A stretch of DNA of 39,520 nucleotides from a virus: the UHGV virus genome UHGV-0819691; one strand, given 5' to 3'. The notes beneath the pieces were generated by a model. That model was not told where the DNA came from and made no database searches. It worked only from the letters and a program-made list of their open reading frames with translations. Below are positions 8,366 through 16,053 of the stretch, piece after piece; position 1 is the stretch's first letter, and the number at the start of each line of letters is the position of its first letter. A program made the translations under genes and the position numbers.

Positions 8366-8775
8366 TTAATCTTTATACCTTTCTGGATCAACGAAAGTAT
8401 ACTTTATATAGTCATAACGCCGATGATCGCTTCGTGCGTCTGGCACGTCAGTCACGACATCAAACAAAAAATATACGTCTTTCTTCATTCTCGTTTTCGC
8501 AGCAGGGATTTTAAAGTAGTTCTTATTAGAATAGTAGAGATTGATTAATAAGCTATCTTCGATTGCTAAAAAGAAAACTTCTGAATCCCACACCTTATAA
8601 AAATCTTTGACAAATCTATTCGAAGGATCAAATTTAAACCATAATTGTGTCTTTCCTTCTATTAAAATATCTTGGTTATACGCATCTTCTTTGAAATTTA
8701 AGGTAATTGATATGTATCCCGACCAAATATTAGGGTTGTTAGAAATTAAAGATCCTAGTCCTAGTGATAATAAAA
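8366..8775 (-). pseudogene. Start-less open frame (~136 codons) on the minus strand; probable 3' remnant of a disrupted gene
   Basis: The frame is open from the stop at 8366 up to an in-frame TAA near 8776. The only start-like codon is a GTG at 8593, far downstream of the frame opening, with no ATG/TTG upstream. Codon-like composition throughout. Confidence 0.35.
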
Positions 8776-8945
8776 TACCAGATAATTATACAGCGCAACA
8801 GTATATTGAAGATATTTACAATGTTAGATCTGAAATACAAAGAGTTCTAGATAGAATTGAAAATGAAATTGGTAAGATAATGATGTAAATGGAAAGATCG
8901 TGATAAAGTTTTTGTTACTATTTTTAATAATGCAGCAAAAAAATA

Positions 8946-8964
8946 TTGCCACCATTTTGCCACC
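8946..8964 (+). repeat. Two direct TTGCCACC repeats (cluster 1)
   Basis: TTGCCACC at 8946-8953 and 8957-8964. The same 8-mer recurs twice more plus once inverted at 9205-9246, next to the integrase 3' end. Confidence 0.4.
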
Positions 8965-9204
8965 GATGACTGAGGTTTTCTCAGGTGTTTTGAAATGACC
9001 TAAAGATAGAAGAGATTATTTAGTTCCTTTATAACCTTTAATACTAGAAGCTTAGAGACTATCTTAGATTAATAGAGAATAGTACAGTTAGATTATTGCG
9101 AAAAGAAGCCTTCATGGCCGTTCTGAAAATGGATGAGGACGAACCGAAGAAATAGCAAGGTTTGTTTGAAAACAGTGTAAAAAATAAACCATGTTTACAT
9201 GGAT

Positions 9205-9246
9205 TTGCCACCGGTTTGCCACCGGTGGTTTTTTTTCGGTGGCAAA
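9205..9246 (+). terminator. TTGCCACC x2 plus inverted GGTGGCAA, forming a CCACCGG-tttgcca-CCGGTGG hairpin followed by T8
   Basis: Stem 9208-9214 / 9222-9228, T8 at 9229-9236. Convergent with the integrase stop at 9249, so it blocks rightward read-through into int antisense. The repeats are candidate integrase arm-type sites. Confidence 0.5.
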
Positions 9247-9248
9247 AC

Positions 9249-10385
9249 TTACGAATTCTTTCTCAGATTTTCCATGATATCGACCGTTTCATTTCTCATC
9301 TTATCTGTTACATGCGAGTAAGTATCCATCGTAATTGAAATTCTGCTGTGGCCCAATCGTTCAGAGATTTCTTTCATTTTTGCGCCATTTTCGAGAAGAA
9401 GTGTAGCATGAGTATGTCTGAGAGAATGGAAGTTAAAAGAGAGGGAGAGTGCATTCGATATCCTCCTAGTATTCCATTTCACTACACTTGGCGTAACTAG
9501 CTCACCGTCTTCCTTCGTACATACTGCATTTGAATCAATGTAGAGCTTTCCATACTTCATTCGATTTTCTAATTGTTGTTTCTTATGTTTTTTCAGAATT
9601 GCTAGCAAGGTTTGTCCAATAAAAATCGTTCGATTGGAACTGCTTGTCTTTGGCGTACCATATACCCATGCGCCGTCATTCTTTACCATTTGTTTCTCTA
9701 CAGTAATTGTTCCATTTGAAAAATCGACATCATCCCACGTCAGACCACAAACTTCGCCAACGCGCATTCCCGTATAAAATCCAACATTCAAAGGAATATA
9801 GAAAGGATGTCCTTCAGGAGTAATTTCTAGCATATGATCAAAGTCCTCAAGAGAAATGATTTTTAGATCTTTTTTAGTCGTTGGTCGTTCTTCGTATTTT
9901 GGTATCTTTACATACAGCATAGGATTTTGCTTGATTAACCCCCAAGGATAAACCGCCATATTCAGCGCATTCTTAAGGACAGAGTGAGTAATAGTCATTG
10001 TTTTCTTCGAGTAACCCTTTTTAAATTCATCATTGATGAAATTTTGCAAAAGAGCAGGGGAGAGATCCGTAAGTTTTTTCTTTCCTAAATAACCATCTAT
10101 ATGATTTTTGATGGTAAATCGGTAGTTTTCATAGGTATTGTATTTTAGATTTAGTTTAACGTATTCCTCCATCCAAAAATCAAGGTATTGTTTTACTCGA
10201 GTATCTGTACCTAAAAAATATTGTCCTGTTTCGTCAATATCTGATAAAATTTTTCGTAAAGTAGCTTCTGCATCTGCTCTAGTATCTCCACCAACTTTTT
10301 CCACTTTTTTTCTTGAGCCATCATCATTGATGTCTTCAAAATAATAATACCAACGTTTCCCGCGTTTTCTCACACCGCCACGCAT
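9249..10385 (-). CDS. int: Tyrosine site-specific integrase (378 aa)
   Basis: C-terminal catalytic signature (R near residue 207), HSLRHTHAT (HxxR), and LGHSRISITMDTYSHV with the nucleophilic Tyr. N-terminal SAM-like/arm-binding region. Confidence 0.9.
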   Translation of the reverse strand: MRGGVRKRGKRWYYYFEDINDDGSRKKVEKVGGDTRADAEATLRKILSDIDETGQYFLGTDTRVKQYLDFWMEEYVKLNLKYNTYENYRFTIKNHIDGYLGKKKLTDLSPALLQNFINDEFKKGYSKKTMTITHSVLKNALNMAVYPWGLIKQNPMLYVKIPKYEERPTTKKDLKIISLEDFDHMLEITPEGHPFYIPLNVGFYTGMRVGEVCGLTWDDVDFSNGTITVEKQMVKNDGAWVYGTPKTSSSNRTIFIGQTLLAILKKHKKQQLENRMKYGKLYIDSNAVCTKEDGELVTPSVVKWNTRRISNALSLSFNFHSLRHTHATLLLENGAKMKEISERLGHSRISITMDTYSHVTDKMRNETVDIMENLRKNS

Positions 10386-10517
10386 AAAATCAGTCCTTTC
10401 ATAGTGCTATGTCATTAGTACGATAATTAAATTTTTTTGGTACATATAGAGAGGGAATAGATGTAAAATCCGTATTTTTAATAGAAGTGTACGAACTTAC
10501 GTTCTTTTGTGTTTAAA

Positions 10518-10545
10518 AAGAAAAGCCCGAAGGCTGATCTTTTTA
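10518..10545 (-). terminator. Small minus-strand terminator AGCC-TTCG-GGCT plus T-run; one of two 25-bp direct repeats
   Basis: Revcomp reads aaaaagatcAGCCttcgGGCTtttcttttt. A near-identical copy is at 11257-11285. Confidence 0.35.
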
Positions 10546-10581
10546 TATTCTAATAAATTAATCTTTTAAAGATAATTTTTA

Positions 10582-11202
10582 TTAATTAGGTAAGTTATCG
10601 ATAGCATATTGTGCTTGCTCGGTCGTATATTTTTCATATACCAATTGGTCATAAAGACCATCTTTAGAAAAAGCAGAATAATCTAAATAGTCTTTAGCAG
10701 CTTGAAGTGCATTCTCGTTCCAATCTGCGTTAACATTATCAATAGCATATTGAGCTGCATCAGCAGGGTACTTTTCATATATCAATTGATCATAAAGTCC
10801 CTGCTGAGAAAAAGCAGAATAATCTAAATAGTCTTTAGCAGCTTGAAGTGCATTTGAAGATTCAAGCGATACATCGTTAGAAGTTGATGATTCCACTGAT
10901 GAATCAGAAGAAATGGATGGATTGCTACTTTCTTCTAATGTAACTGATGTAGAAGTTGATGAGTATTGTGATTCGCTTAAACTAGAATATTCAGTATCGG
11001 AGATATTTTCCGATGTGGATGACTCGGTTTGGCTTTTAACAGTATTATCATCTCCACCACTTAATGCACCACCAACGATGAATACAACCAGAACCACAAG
11101 AATCCAAAACCAAACTCTTTTATAAAAAGGTTTTTTCTCCTTCATTACGTAAGTTTTTCCATCTTCCCCTGTAACTTTTTTCTTCACCATTTTTTCCTCC
11201 AA
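10582..11202 (-). CDS. Ltp-like superinfection-exclusion protein (206 aa): N-terminal TM anchor, Ser/Thr-rich linker, two tandem Ltp-type repeats
   Basis: Two ~48-aa repeats ALQAAKDYLDYSAFSxxGLYDQLxYEKY..AQYAIDN match the repeat-domain pattern of the Streptococcus thermophilus TP-J34 Ltp family. A TM helix (WFWILVVLVVFIVGGALSG) replaces the usual lipobox Cys. Canonical position between int and repressor. Confidence 0.65.
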   Translation of the reverse strand: MEEKMVKKKVTGEDGKTYVMKEKKPFYKRVWFWILVVLVVFIVGGALSGGDDNTVKSQTESSTSENISDTEYSSLSESQYSSTSTSVTLEESSNPSISSDSSVESSTSNDVSLESSNALQAAKDYLDYSAFSQQGLYDQLIYEKYPADAAQYAIDNVNADWNENALQAAKDYLDYSAFSKDGLYDQLVYEKYTTEQAQYAIDNLPN

Positions 11203-11256
11203 AAATTAAATGATTTACTCCCATTTAAAGGCAGGCAGTGATAGTCGCCATTAATA

Positions 11257-11285
11257 AAAAGAAAAGCCCGAAGGCTGATCTTCAA
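11257..11285 (-). terminator. Second copy of the AGCC-TTCG-GGCT minus-strand terminator repeat
   Basis: AAAAGAAAAGCCCGAAGGCTGATCTT shared with 10518-10543. Confidence 0.35.
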
Positions 11286-11320
11286 TGTAATAATTCAGTC
11301 ATTTTTTTTCGAACAAAAGT

Positions 11321-12385
11321 CTATAGAAATTTTTGAACTATATCAGTAATTTGTTTTGAATAGCTATAAATGTCTATAGGCTCTTTCAACTCATAAACTG
11401 TATGATTATCATCGTTTAATTCAATTTTCATTCCATTTGTATTGAAACGAACTCTTAGAATCCATTTTCTGATATTGTCATCTAATAATATATTGAAGTA
11501 ACTTCTGTTGTCTCGATAGAATAATCGGTCTAAAGGAATAGTATCTACTAAAACAACTTTACAAATAGTATAGGCCTCTAATTCTTCAGGAGTGGTAACA
11601 ATTTCACTATCAGTTTCATCTGTTGTATCAGAATCTGATTTAGTTTCTGTATCCTCAACAGTAACCGATGTTTTCAAAGCAGCGCTTAATTTATCATTAA
11701 CTTTTTCAGCGATAAATTGGTTTAATCCTTTTTTTATAATTGGTTTAAATTTTTCAATAGTTTGCTTTGTTTTCATTCCGTCATAAATTTCGCCAAGAAG
11801 ATATTTGACAAAATTTTCCGTTGGTTCGTTTAGCTCAGAAGACAGGTAAGCCTTTAATGAATTTAAGTATTTAAGTTCTGCTGCAGAACTTGTAATCTTG
11901 TCTACGTCGAAATTGTCTTTATGAAATTTTGCTAACTCTGGAAGTTGGCTGTCTTTAATTTTTGTAATATTAATAGTTAAAAAAGGAGTAAGATCCATTT
12001 TATTTGGTTCGTCTAAATCAGTAAAGAACTTGTATTCCTCGCCGTTCGTCAATATACCAAATTTAGAAGTAGTGGTTCCAAAATATCTAAATAGTTGAGA
12101 ATCATGTTTTGTTAACTTTTCATTGATCGATTTTGCTTCTATAAGTATAGTTGGTTGCCCGTCAAGAACAATTGCATAATCAACTTTTTCGCCTTTCTTT
12201 ATACCTACATCAGCAGTAAACTCTGGTACAAACTCTGTAGGATTAAACAAGTCATAACCAAGTGCAACAAAGAAGGGCATAATTAATGAGGTTTTTGTTG
12301 CTTCTTCTGTACCAATACTATCTTTTAATTCAACCACTCTTTTACCTAATTGTTTCAAGCTATCTTGAAATTTTTCCATTTCCAT
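11321..12385 (-). CDS. PD-(D/E)xK nuclease-fold protein (HsdR_N / Mrr-like N-terminal domain) with an uncharacterised C-terminal domain (~355 aa)
   Basis: RBS AGGAGG 7 nt before ATG 12385, with a second ATG 2 codons later; the annotated 12496 start has no RBS. Motif ...VDYAIVLDGQPTILIEAKS (D...E-A-K) is the PD-(D/E)xK core, as in the type I HsdR N-terminal domain. Confidence 0.5.
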   Translation of the reverse strand: MEMEKFQDSLKQLGKRVVELKDSIGTEEATKTSLIMPFFVALGYDLFNPTEFVPEFTADVGIKKGEKVDYAIVLDGQPTILIEAKSINEKLTKHDSQLFRYFGTTTSKFGILTNGEEYKFFTDLDEPNKMDLTPFLTINITKIKDSQLPELAKFHKDNFDVDKITSSAAELKYLNSLKAYLSSELNEPTENFVKYLLGEIYDGMKTKQTIEKFKPIIKKGLNQFIAEKVNDKLSAALKTSVTVEDTETKSDSDTTDETDSEIVTTPEELEAYTICKVVLVDTIPLDRLFYRDNRSYFNILLDDNIRKWILRVRFNTNGMKIELNDDNHTVYELKEPIDIYSYSKQITDIVQKFL

Positions 12386-12523
12386 GATGAAACCTCCTAA
12401 TAGTATTGCTCCCACTAAGGCAGGGAGCGATAGTCTTCCCAACAAAAAGTATTTGAATTTATGTAATCGCTTTCCCCGCAAAGTCAAAAAATTCAATACT
12501 TAATTATTCAAACATTAAAAATT

Positions 12524-12961
12524 TCAAATTAAAAATTTATAAGCATCTTTCGGAAGTCCATATAGTTTAGTCAATAAATCAACTTCTCTTGGAAATTGAT
12601 CCGTGTCATCTTTGTAAAGAGAAACGATGAGATTAGCAGCAAAGCAATTTGCCTCACTCTCTGATTTGCTCCTAGATAATCGTGTAGAGACGTAATAGCT
12701 AGATAGTTCTTTGTGAAAAAGGGCATGGCCAAGTTCGTGGGCGCAAATATAGAAACGCTCTTCGGAGTACTTAAGACTGTCATTTAAAAAGATAATAGGT
12801 TCGTCTAAAATTTCCTGAAATTGTCCTTTTGGGTTATTTAGAAAAAGAACAAATTCTACGCTTATGCCCATTTTTTCACAAATTATAAAAGGATTAGCGG
12901 ATTGATATTTCCGCTTTAAATCTCCAACTAGATTTACTACATCCAACTCCATACAAATCAC
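12524..12961 (-). CDS. ImmA/IrrE-family metalloprotease (anti-repressor protease of the lysogeny switch)
   Basis: HEXXH motif CAHELGHALFH. Immediately downstream of, and co-oriented with, the XRE repressor, as in the ImmR/ImmA pair. Confidence 0.75.
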   Translation of the reverse strand: MICMELDVVNLVGDLKRKYQSANPFIICEKMGISVEFVLFLNNPKGQFQEILDEPIIFLNDSLKYSEERFYICAHELGHALFHKELSSYYVSTRLSRSKSESEANCFAANLIVSLYKDDTDQFPREVDLLTKLYGLPKDAYKFLI

Positions 12962-12972
12962 TTCACTTCACT

Positions 12973-13356
12973 TTACTTTTTCTTCCTTTTTTTTATATCC
13001 CAGAATGTCGCTGTAAGGATATCTTTTACTCGTTGAATTTCTTCAGGTGTTAAAGTTTCACCACCGTAAGCCATGTTCACGTTTGATTCTAATAATTTAT
13101 CTAGCTCGATTAAATCATTCTCATTAGCCCAATCAGGGATAAGCTCCACGTTAACGGGTGAATTCTCTTCGAAGTAGGAAATAGACACACCTAAAGCAAC
13201 TGATAGTTTTTTTAAAGTTTCTAAAGTTGGATCTTTTCGTTCACCTTTTTCAAATCTAGATATTTGAGAAGCGCTTACTCCAGATTTTAATGCTAACTGA
13301 TTAACTCCTAATCCTCTAGAGGTTCTCAATTCTTTTAGTTTTTCTCCAAACTCCAT
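12973..13356 (-). CDS. XRE-family HTH repressor (CI/ImmR-like, 127 aa)
   Basis: HTH_3 signature LKELRTSRGLGVNQLALKSGVSASQISRFEKGER. Divergent from the cro-like gene. Confidence 0.8.
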   Translation of the reverse strand: MEFGEKLKELRTSRGLGVNQLALKSGVSASQISRFEKGERKDPTLETLKKLSVALGVSISYFEENSPVNVELIPDWANENDLIELDKLLESNVNMAYGGETLTPEEIQRVKDILTATFWDIKKRKKK

Positions 13357-13379
13357 GATAAAACCCCTTTCTTAAATAA

Positions 13380-13466
13380 ATGATATAGCCCTTTGGCAAC
13401 AAATGCAAAAAGAATTGCAATTTAGCAACAAAAAGTGTTGCCAAATGACAAAAATAGTATTATAGT
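13380..13466. promoter_or_regulatory. Divergent lysogeny-switch promoters with GCAAC/GTTGC operator half-sites
   Basis: Rightward TTGCCA (13438-13443), 17-nt spacer, TATAGT (13461-13466). Leftward TTGCAT-17-TATCAT on the minus strand (+ coords 13403-13408 / 13380-13385). Operator repeats TTGGCAAC 13393-13400, TTAGCAAC 13422-13429, inverted GTTGCCAA 13437-13444, palindrome ATTGCAAT 13413-13420. Confidence 0.55.
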
Positions 13467-13495
13467 GTTGTCATAAGGCAATGGAGGTGTGAAAA

Positions 13496-13750
13496 ATGAA
13501 AACATTACTTAAACAAGACGAACTTAATTCCTTAATGCAATCAAAAGGTGATGATCCATATTCATTGGCTAGAAGAATGGATGTAGCTCCATCAACGGTC
13601 TATAGAATATTGAATGGAGATCGTGGGATTGGCGGAGAATTGATTCCTAAACTGCTCAACGCTTTTGAACTTTCTGAAAAAGATTTTGATAAGCTTTTTA
13701 TTTTTAGTGAAGTGTTGCCAAAAAACAAAAACGAGGGGATTGCCAAATGA
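13496..13750 (+). CDS. Cro-like / early HTH regulator (84 aa)
   Basis: RBS GGAGGTG. HTH SLARRMDVAPSTVYRILNG. First gene of the rightward early operon. Confidence 0.6.
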   Translation: MKTLLKQDELNSLMQSKGDDPYSLARRMDVAPSTVYRILNGDRGIGGELIPKLLNAFELSEKDFDKLFIFSEVLPKNKNEGIAK

Positions 13751-13899
13751 CACGACAAGAAAAAATAAACATCGTACTTGATGTTAGACCTAGACTAGTT
13801 CACATCATCAAGTGTGCTACAGATGATCAACTTGATCGTTTAGTTGAAGAAGTTCAAAAAGAGCTTGAACGTGAACTAGATGAAGCAGCTTTCGTTTGA
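13747..13899 (+). CDS. Small hypothetical protein (50 aa), start overlapping the previous stop (ATGA)
   Basis: Open frame MTRQEKINIVLDVRPRLVHIIKCATDDQLDRLVEEVQKELERELDEAAFV, below the ORF-track cutoff. Coding-like charged composition. Confidence 0.3.
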   Translation: MTRQEKINIVLDVRPRLVHIIKCATDDQLDRLVEEVQKELERELDEAAFV

Positions 13900-13962
13900 T
13901 TCTTTAAATTAATAGTATAAAAAAATTGCTCGTATTGATATACGGGCGAATAAGAATATGAG

Positions 13963-14508
13963 GTGTTTAAACTGTTAAAAAAATCAAGTGTTATTCGAGA
14001 ATCGTTAGTCGAAGTAATTAATAAGAGTGGTGAGACCAAAAAGGAAATAGCAAGACAAATCAACGTCTCTCAACAGTCATTAAGCGATTGGACAACATTG
14101 TTTAATACGAAGCCCGTGACGTTGGAAAATGCTCAGGCGTTAACGGATCATTTTAGAGATTCTGATTTTACTCTTCAAGTGATCCATGAATTTTTCGGTT
14201 TATTCAAATCAATTGATGGAGACGTTTATAGAAGAGATCCATCTTCATTAGACAAGTTGCAAATGATTGAATCAGATGAGCGGAAACAGAAGAAGCAAGA
14301 AGTAGAAAAAATTCTTCTTAAACAAGTAAATTACTTAACTGTTGATGATCGTCAACAAATCATTGCATATGCTTATGAATTTTTAGACGAGATCATGGTT
14401 GAAGTCACACTAATAAGTGCATTATGCGAAATACTTGGAATCGATATTCGCAAGCTTAGTGAGGAACGGCTGTCGTACTGGGTAGTACAAGGATATATGA
14501 AAGGATGA
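13963..14508 (+). CDS. HTH-domain early protein (181 aa), possible second regulator/antirepressor; start uncertain
   Basis: N-terminal HTH ETKKEIARQINVSQQSLSDW. No obvious ATG start; GTG at 13963 overlaps a GAGGTG RBS-like sequence. Confidence 0.45.
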   Translation: MFKLLKKSSVIRESLVEVINKSGETKKEIARQINVSQQSLSDWTTLFNTKPVTLENAQALTDHFRDSDFTLQVIHEFFGLFKSIDGDVYRRDPSSLDKLQMIESDERKQKKQEVEKILLKQVNYLTVDDRQQIIAYAYEFLDEIMVEVTLISALCEILGIDIRKLSEERLSYWVVQGYMKG

Positions 14509-14792
14509 TGGAAATGGAAACATTGGAAAATATTTTTCCAAAAAAAGTTGTCTTGAAGCGCAACAATAAAAGAAACATTGAAAAATTAACATACTCAGTT
14601 ACTGAAGCGGCATTAGCTATAACAACAAATCCACAAAACGTAAAAGCTTTGATCGATATGGGGTACTTGGGTTGCTTAAAGATTGGAGAGATACGGATAC
14701 CCAAAGCTGAAGTTAACCGTTTTTTAAACAATTATATGAACCGAGATTTGGCTAGTGAAATTGCTAAATATAGAGAGGAGAGAAAGAAATGA
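14505..14792 (+). CDS. Excisionase-family (HTH_17 / MerR-like) DNA-binding protein; candidate Xis
   Basis: LTYSVTEAALAI...ALIDMGYLGCLKIGEIRIPKAEVNRFL matches the HTH_17 excisionase DNA-binding pattern (LxxxEAAxxLGVS...IGRxxRIP). Confidence 0.5.
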   Translation: MMEMETLENIFPKKVVLKRNNKRNIEKLTYSVTEAALAITTNPQNVKALIDMGYLGCLKIGEIRIPKAEVNRFLNNYMNRDLASEIAKYREERKK

Positions 14793-14974
14793 AAACTGTA
14801 TTTAAAATGACTGTCAAGAGCGCTTTGCTTATGAGCCTAGTAGCAATCGTACTGGCAAGTATTAATCCAGCATATGCACTTATTTATTGGGGAACCTTAG
14901 TAGCGGTTACTGCTGTAAGAGAAAGTTTCAAAATGCCAACACAAAAAAGACCGACCAGCGACGGCAATCGCTAA
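14789..14974 (+). CDS. Small membrane protein (61 aa, 2 TM)
   Basis: Overlapping stop/start ATGA. Two hydrophobic helices. Confidence 0.4.
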   Translation: MKTVFKMTVKSALLMSLVAIVLASINPAYALIYWGTLVAVTAVRESFKMPTQKRPTSDGNR

Positions 14975-15110
14975 TCGGCAGCATAACAAAATATCTTATC
15001 TGTATTTTAGCATGAAAGGAAGGCTAAAACAATGAACGATTTTGGACAAGCATTAGATCAGTATTTAACTACTCCTGAATGGGGCACGCCACATAAAGAG
15101 GAGGAAGACG

Positions 15111-16052
15111 ATGAGTAAATCTACCTTAGAAATGAGCCATCAAGAATGGCTTGAAGATCGTCAAAAAGGTATTGGCGGCTCTGATGTTGGAACGATTTTA
15201 GGGTTGAACAAATGGAAATCACCTTATCAATTATGGCTTGAAAAAACAGGACAAGTTGTACTTGAAGAAACAGCAAGCGAGCCAGCTTATTGGGGCAATA
15301 TCTTAGAAGAAGTAGTTGCTAAAGAGTTTCAAGAACGTACAGGTAAAAAGGTTCGCAGAAGAAACCAAGTCTTTGAACATCCATTGCATCCGTTTCTAAG
15401 AGCGAATATTGATCGTGATGTAGTGGGAGAAAATGCCATTCTGGAATGCAAAACAGCCAATCAATTTCTCGGCAAAGAGTGGGAAGGTGAAGAAGTACCA
15501 CTCAGTTATCTCTGCCAAGTTCAACATTACATGAACGTTTTAAACAAAGACTATTGTTATATCGCTGTTTTGATCGGTGGACAAAAATTCATTTGGAAGC
15601 GAATCGCGAGAGATCAAGAATTGATCGATACAATTACAGAACGCTTGGTTGAATTTTGGGAAACAAATGTAGTTGAAGGTATCGAGCCTGTAATTGACGG
15701 AAGTGAAGCGACTGCTGACTTCTTAAAAGAAAAATATGCAGATGTAGAAGAAAATCAAACAGCTCTACCATCGCGTTTTGATGAACTTATCGAGCAAAAA
15801 AGAGAACTTAAGCGGATGAAAAAAGAAATTGAATCATCTATTCGTCAAGTAGACAACGAGATCATCAGTGAGCTAGGTAAACGTGAAGCTAGTATCGGTA
15901 TCACACAAAGAAACATTATCAGTTGGAAACTTGTTCGTACAAGACGTATGAACTCGAAGAAACTAGCAGAGAAATATCCAGATGTCGCAAATGATGAAGA
16001 GATTTATAACGTTACTGAATCAAGAAGGCTAACCGAAAAGGAGATCAAATAA
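15111..16052 (+). CDS. YqaJ-family phage exonuclease (lambda-Exo-like PD-(D/E)xK)
   Basis: N-terminal WLEDRQKGIGGSDVGTILGLNKWKSPYQLW is the canonical YqaJ signature. Paired with RecT. Confidence 0.8.
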   Translation: MSKSTLEMSHQEWLEDRQKGIGGSDVGTILGLNKWKSPYQLWLEKTGQVVLEETASEPAYWGNILEEVVAKEFQERTGKKVRRRNQVFEHPLHPFLRANIDRDVVGENAILECKTANQFLGKEWEGEEVPLSYLCQVQHYMNVLNKDYCYIAVLIGGQKFIWKRIARDQELIDTITERLVEFWETNVVEGIEPVIDGSEATADFLKEKYADVEENQTALPSRFDELIEQKRELKRMKKEIESSIRQVDNEIISELGKREASIGITQRNIISWKLVRTRRMNSKKLAEKYPDVANDEEIYNVTESRRLTEKEIK

Positions 16053-16053
16053 T

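Noticed and set aside
8607-8888. Plus-strand 93-aa ORF in the junction
   Set aside because: It overlaps the start-less minus-strand remnant. Only its second half (ATG 8712, weak RBS) looks coding. Without comparative data I cannot decide which strand is real, so it is not called as a gene.
7451-8985. Shared 10-mer CTGAGGTTTT at 7457 and 8971 as a possible att core duplication flanking the tRNA segment
   Set aside because: Both occurrences are the 3' arm plus T-run of terminator-like hairpins. A 10-nt T-rich match is within chance expectation for a 40-kb AT-rich window.
10138-11125. Plus-strand ORFs 10138-10344 and 10913-11125
   Set aside because: Antisense to the integrase and to the Ltp-like gene respectively. 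No RBS.
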